From Vicugna vicugna (lineage: Eukaryota), in contig MU058337.1 of the NCBI GenBank assembly GCA_013265495.1, forward strand, positions 126,001 to 190,000: DNA of 64,000 nucleotides, written 5' to 3'. Numbering within the stretch: the first letter of the stretch is position 1; each line of letters begins with the position of its first letter. Both the position numbers and the translations under genes were made by a program. Shown in pieces: positions 63,406 through 64,000 of this stretch. The notes beneath the pieces were generated by a model that saw nothing but the letters and a program-made list of their open reading frames with translations, searched no databases and was not told the DNA's origin.

Positions 63406-64000
63406 GGGAGAGAAAGGAAAAAAGAACAGAGCGAAGGAAAGAGCAGTGGAAAACTAGAGAAAAATGAATGTTTCATCCTCACTTCTCTGATTTCCCCAGT
63501 GACAATATACTCAAAATTCTAAGAAGTTGCTACCTTGTAAACCGTTGTCCCAGAGGCACAGTCTCAAGGACAAAAAAGGTCGGCTTCCTTTAGATGTCGT
63601 TTAGTACATCAAATTCTTAATTAAAACAGATTTGCATTAAAATTTACAAGTGCTTAATTTTTCACAACTGTGTTTTCAGTGTATTGATAATGATGCCAAT
63701 AACGGCAGTTCCTTCTTTTGAGGGAAAGAGGAAACCGGAGAACCTCCCCCTCACGTATCTTCACTGACTCTCACAAATGGTCTCCCAGTTCTTATGTTTA
63801 CATAATGTCCATTTAGGGTAAAGCTTTTATAAGTAATGTTCTCTTAAGAAAACATTTGGACTTTGGGTAAAAGTTGGAACTTTTTCCTGAAATGCATGTG
63901 GTTGTAAGAGCGAAAGAAAGGAGAGAGATTTAGCATATTGCTTATTTTGGCCAAGTAAATCTTATTTTACTATTTTGACATGGTTCAAATTTGTATATAA

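Overview
This is 64 kb of mammalian non-coding DNA (deep intron or intergenic), most likely from a camelid (Vicugna/Lama/Camelus). That call rests on short tRNA-derived SINEs with a GGGGAGGGTATAGCTCAGTGGTAGAG head (vic-1-like) and cetartiodactyl-type L1 3' UTRs; I recognised no BovB/Bov-A, PRE-1, Alu or Can-SINE. No protein-coding exon or RNA gene could be identified. The ORF track is explained by chance ORFs, decayed L1 ORF2 fragments and simple repeats. Much of the window is a mosaic of old (L2, MIR, L1M, MLT1, MER) and younger (L1 3' ends, tRNA-SINEs) repeats; subfamily names are from memory of consensus sequences and boundaries are approximate. The most notable observations are: (i) a CpG-rich promoter-like element at about 5.1-6.0 kb with CCAAT and TATA boxes, six CACGTG E-boxes and a perfect ChoRE (CACGTG-N5-CACGTG); (ii) short tracts in which repeats have been driven almost one-directionally A/T to G/C, suggesting GC-biased gene conversion; (iii) a TSD-flanked chimeric retro-insertion of L1 and non-L1 sequence at 62.7-63.0 kb; (iv) a twin-primed inverted L1 inside a solo LTR; (v) a scrambled ancient L1 suggesting a local inversion; (vi) an RFX X-box and a candidate 20-nt microexon. 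I found no convincing evidence of a wholly new biological system.
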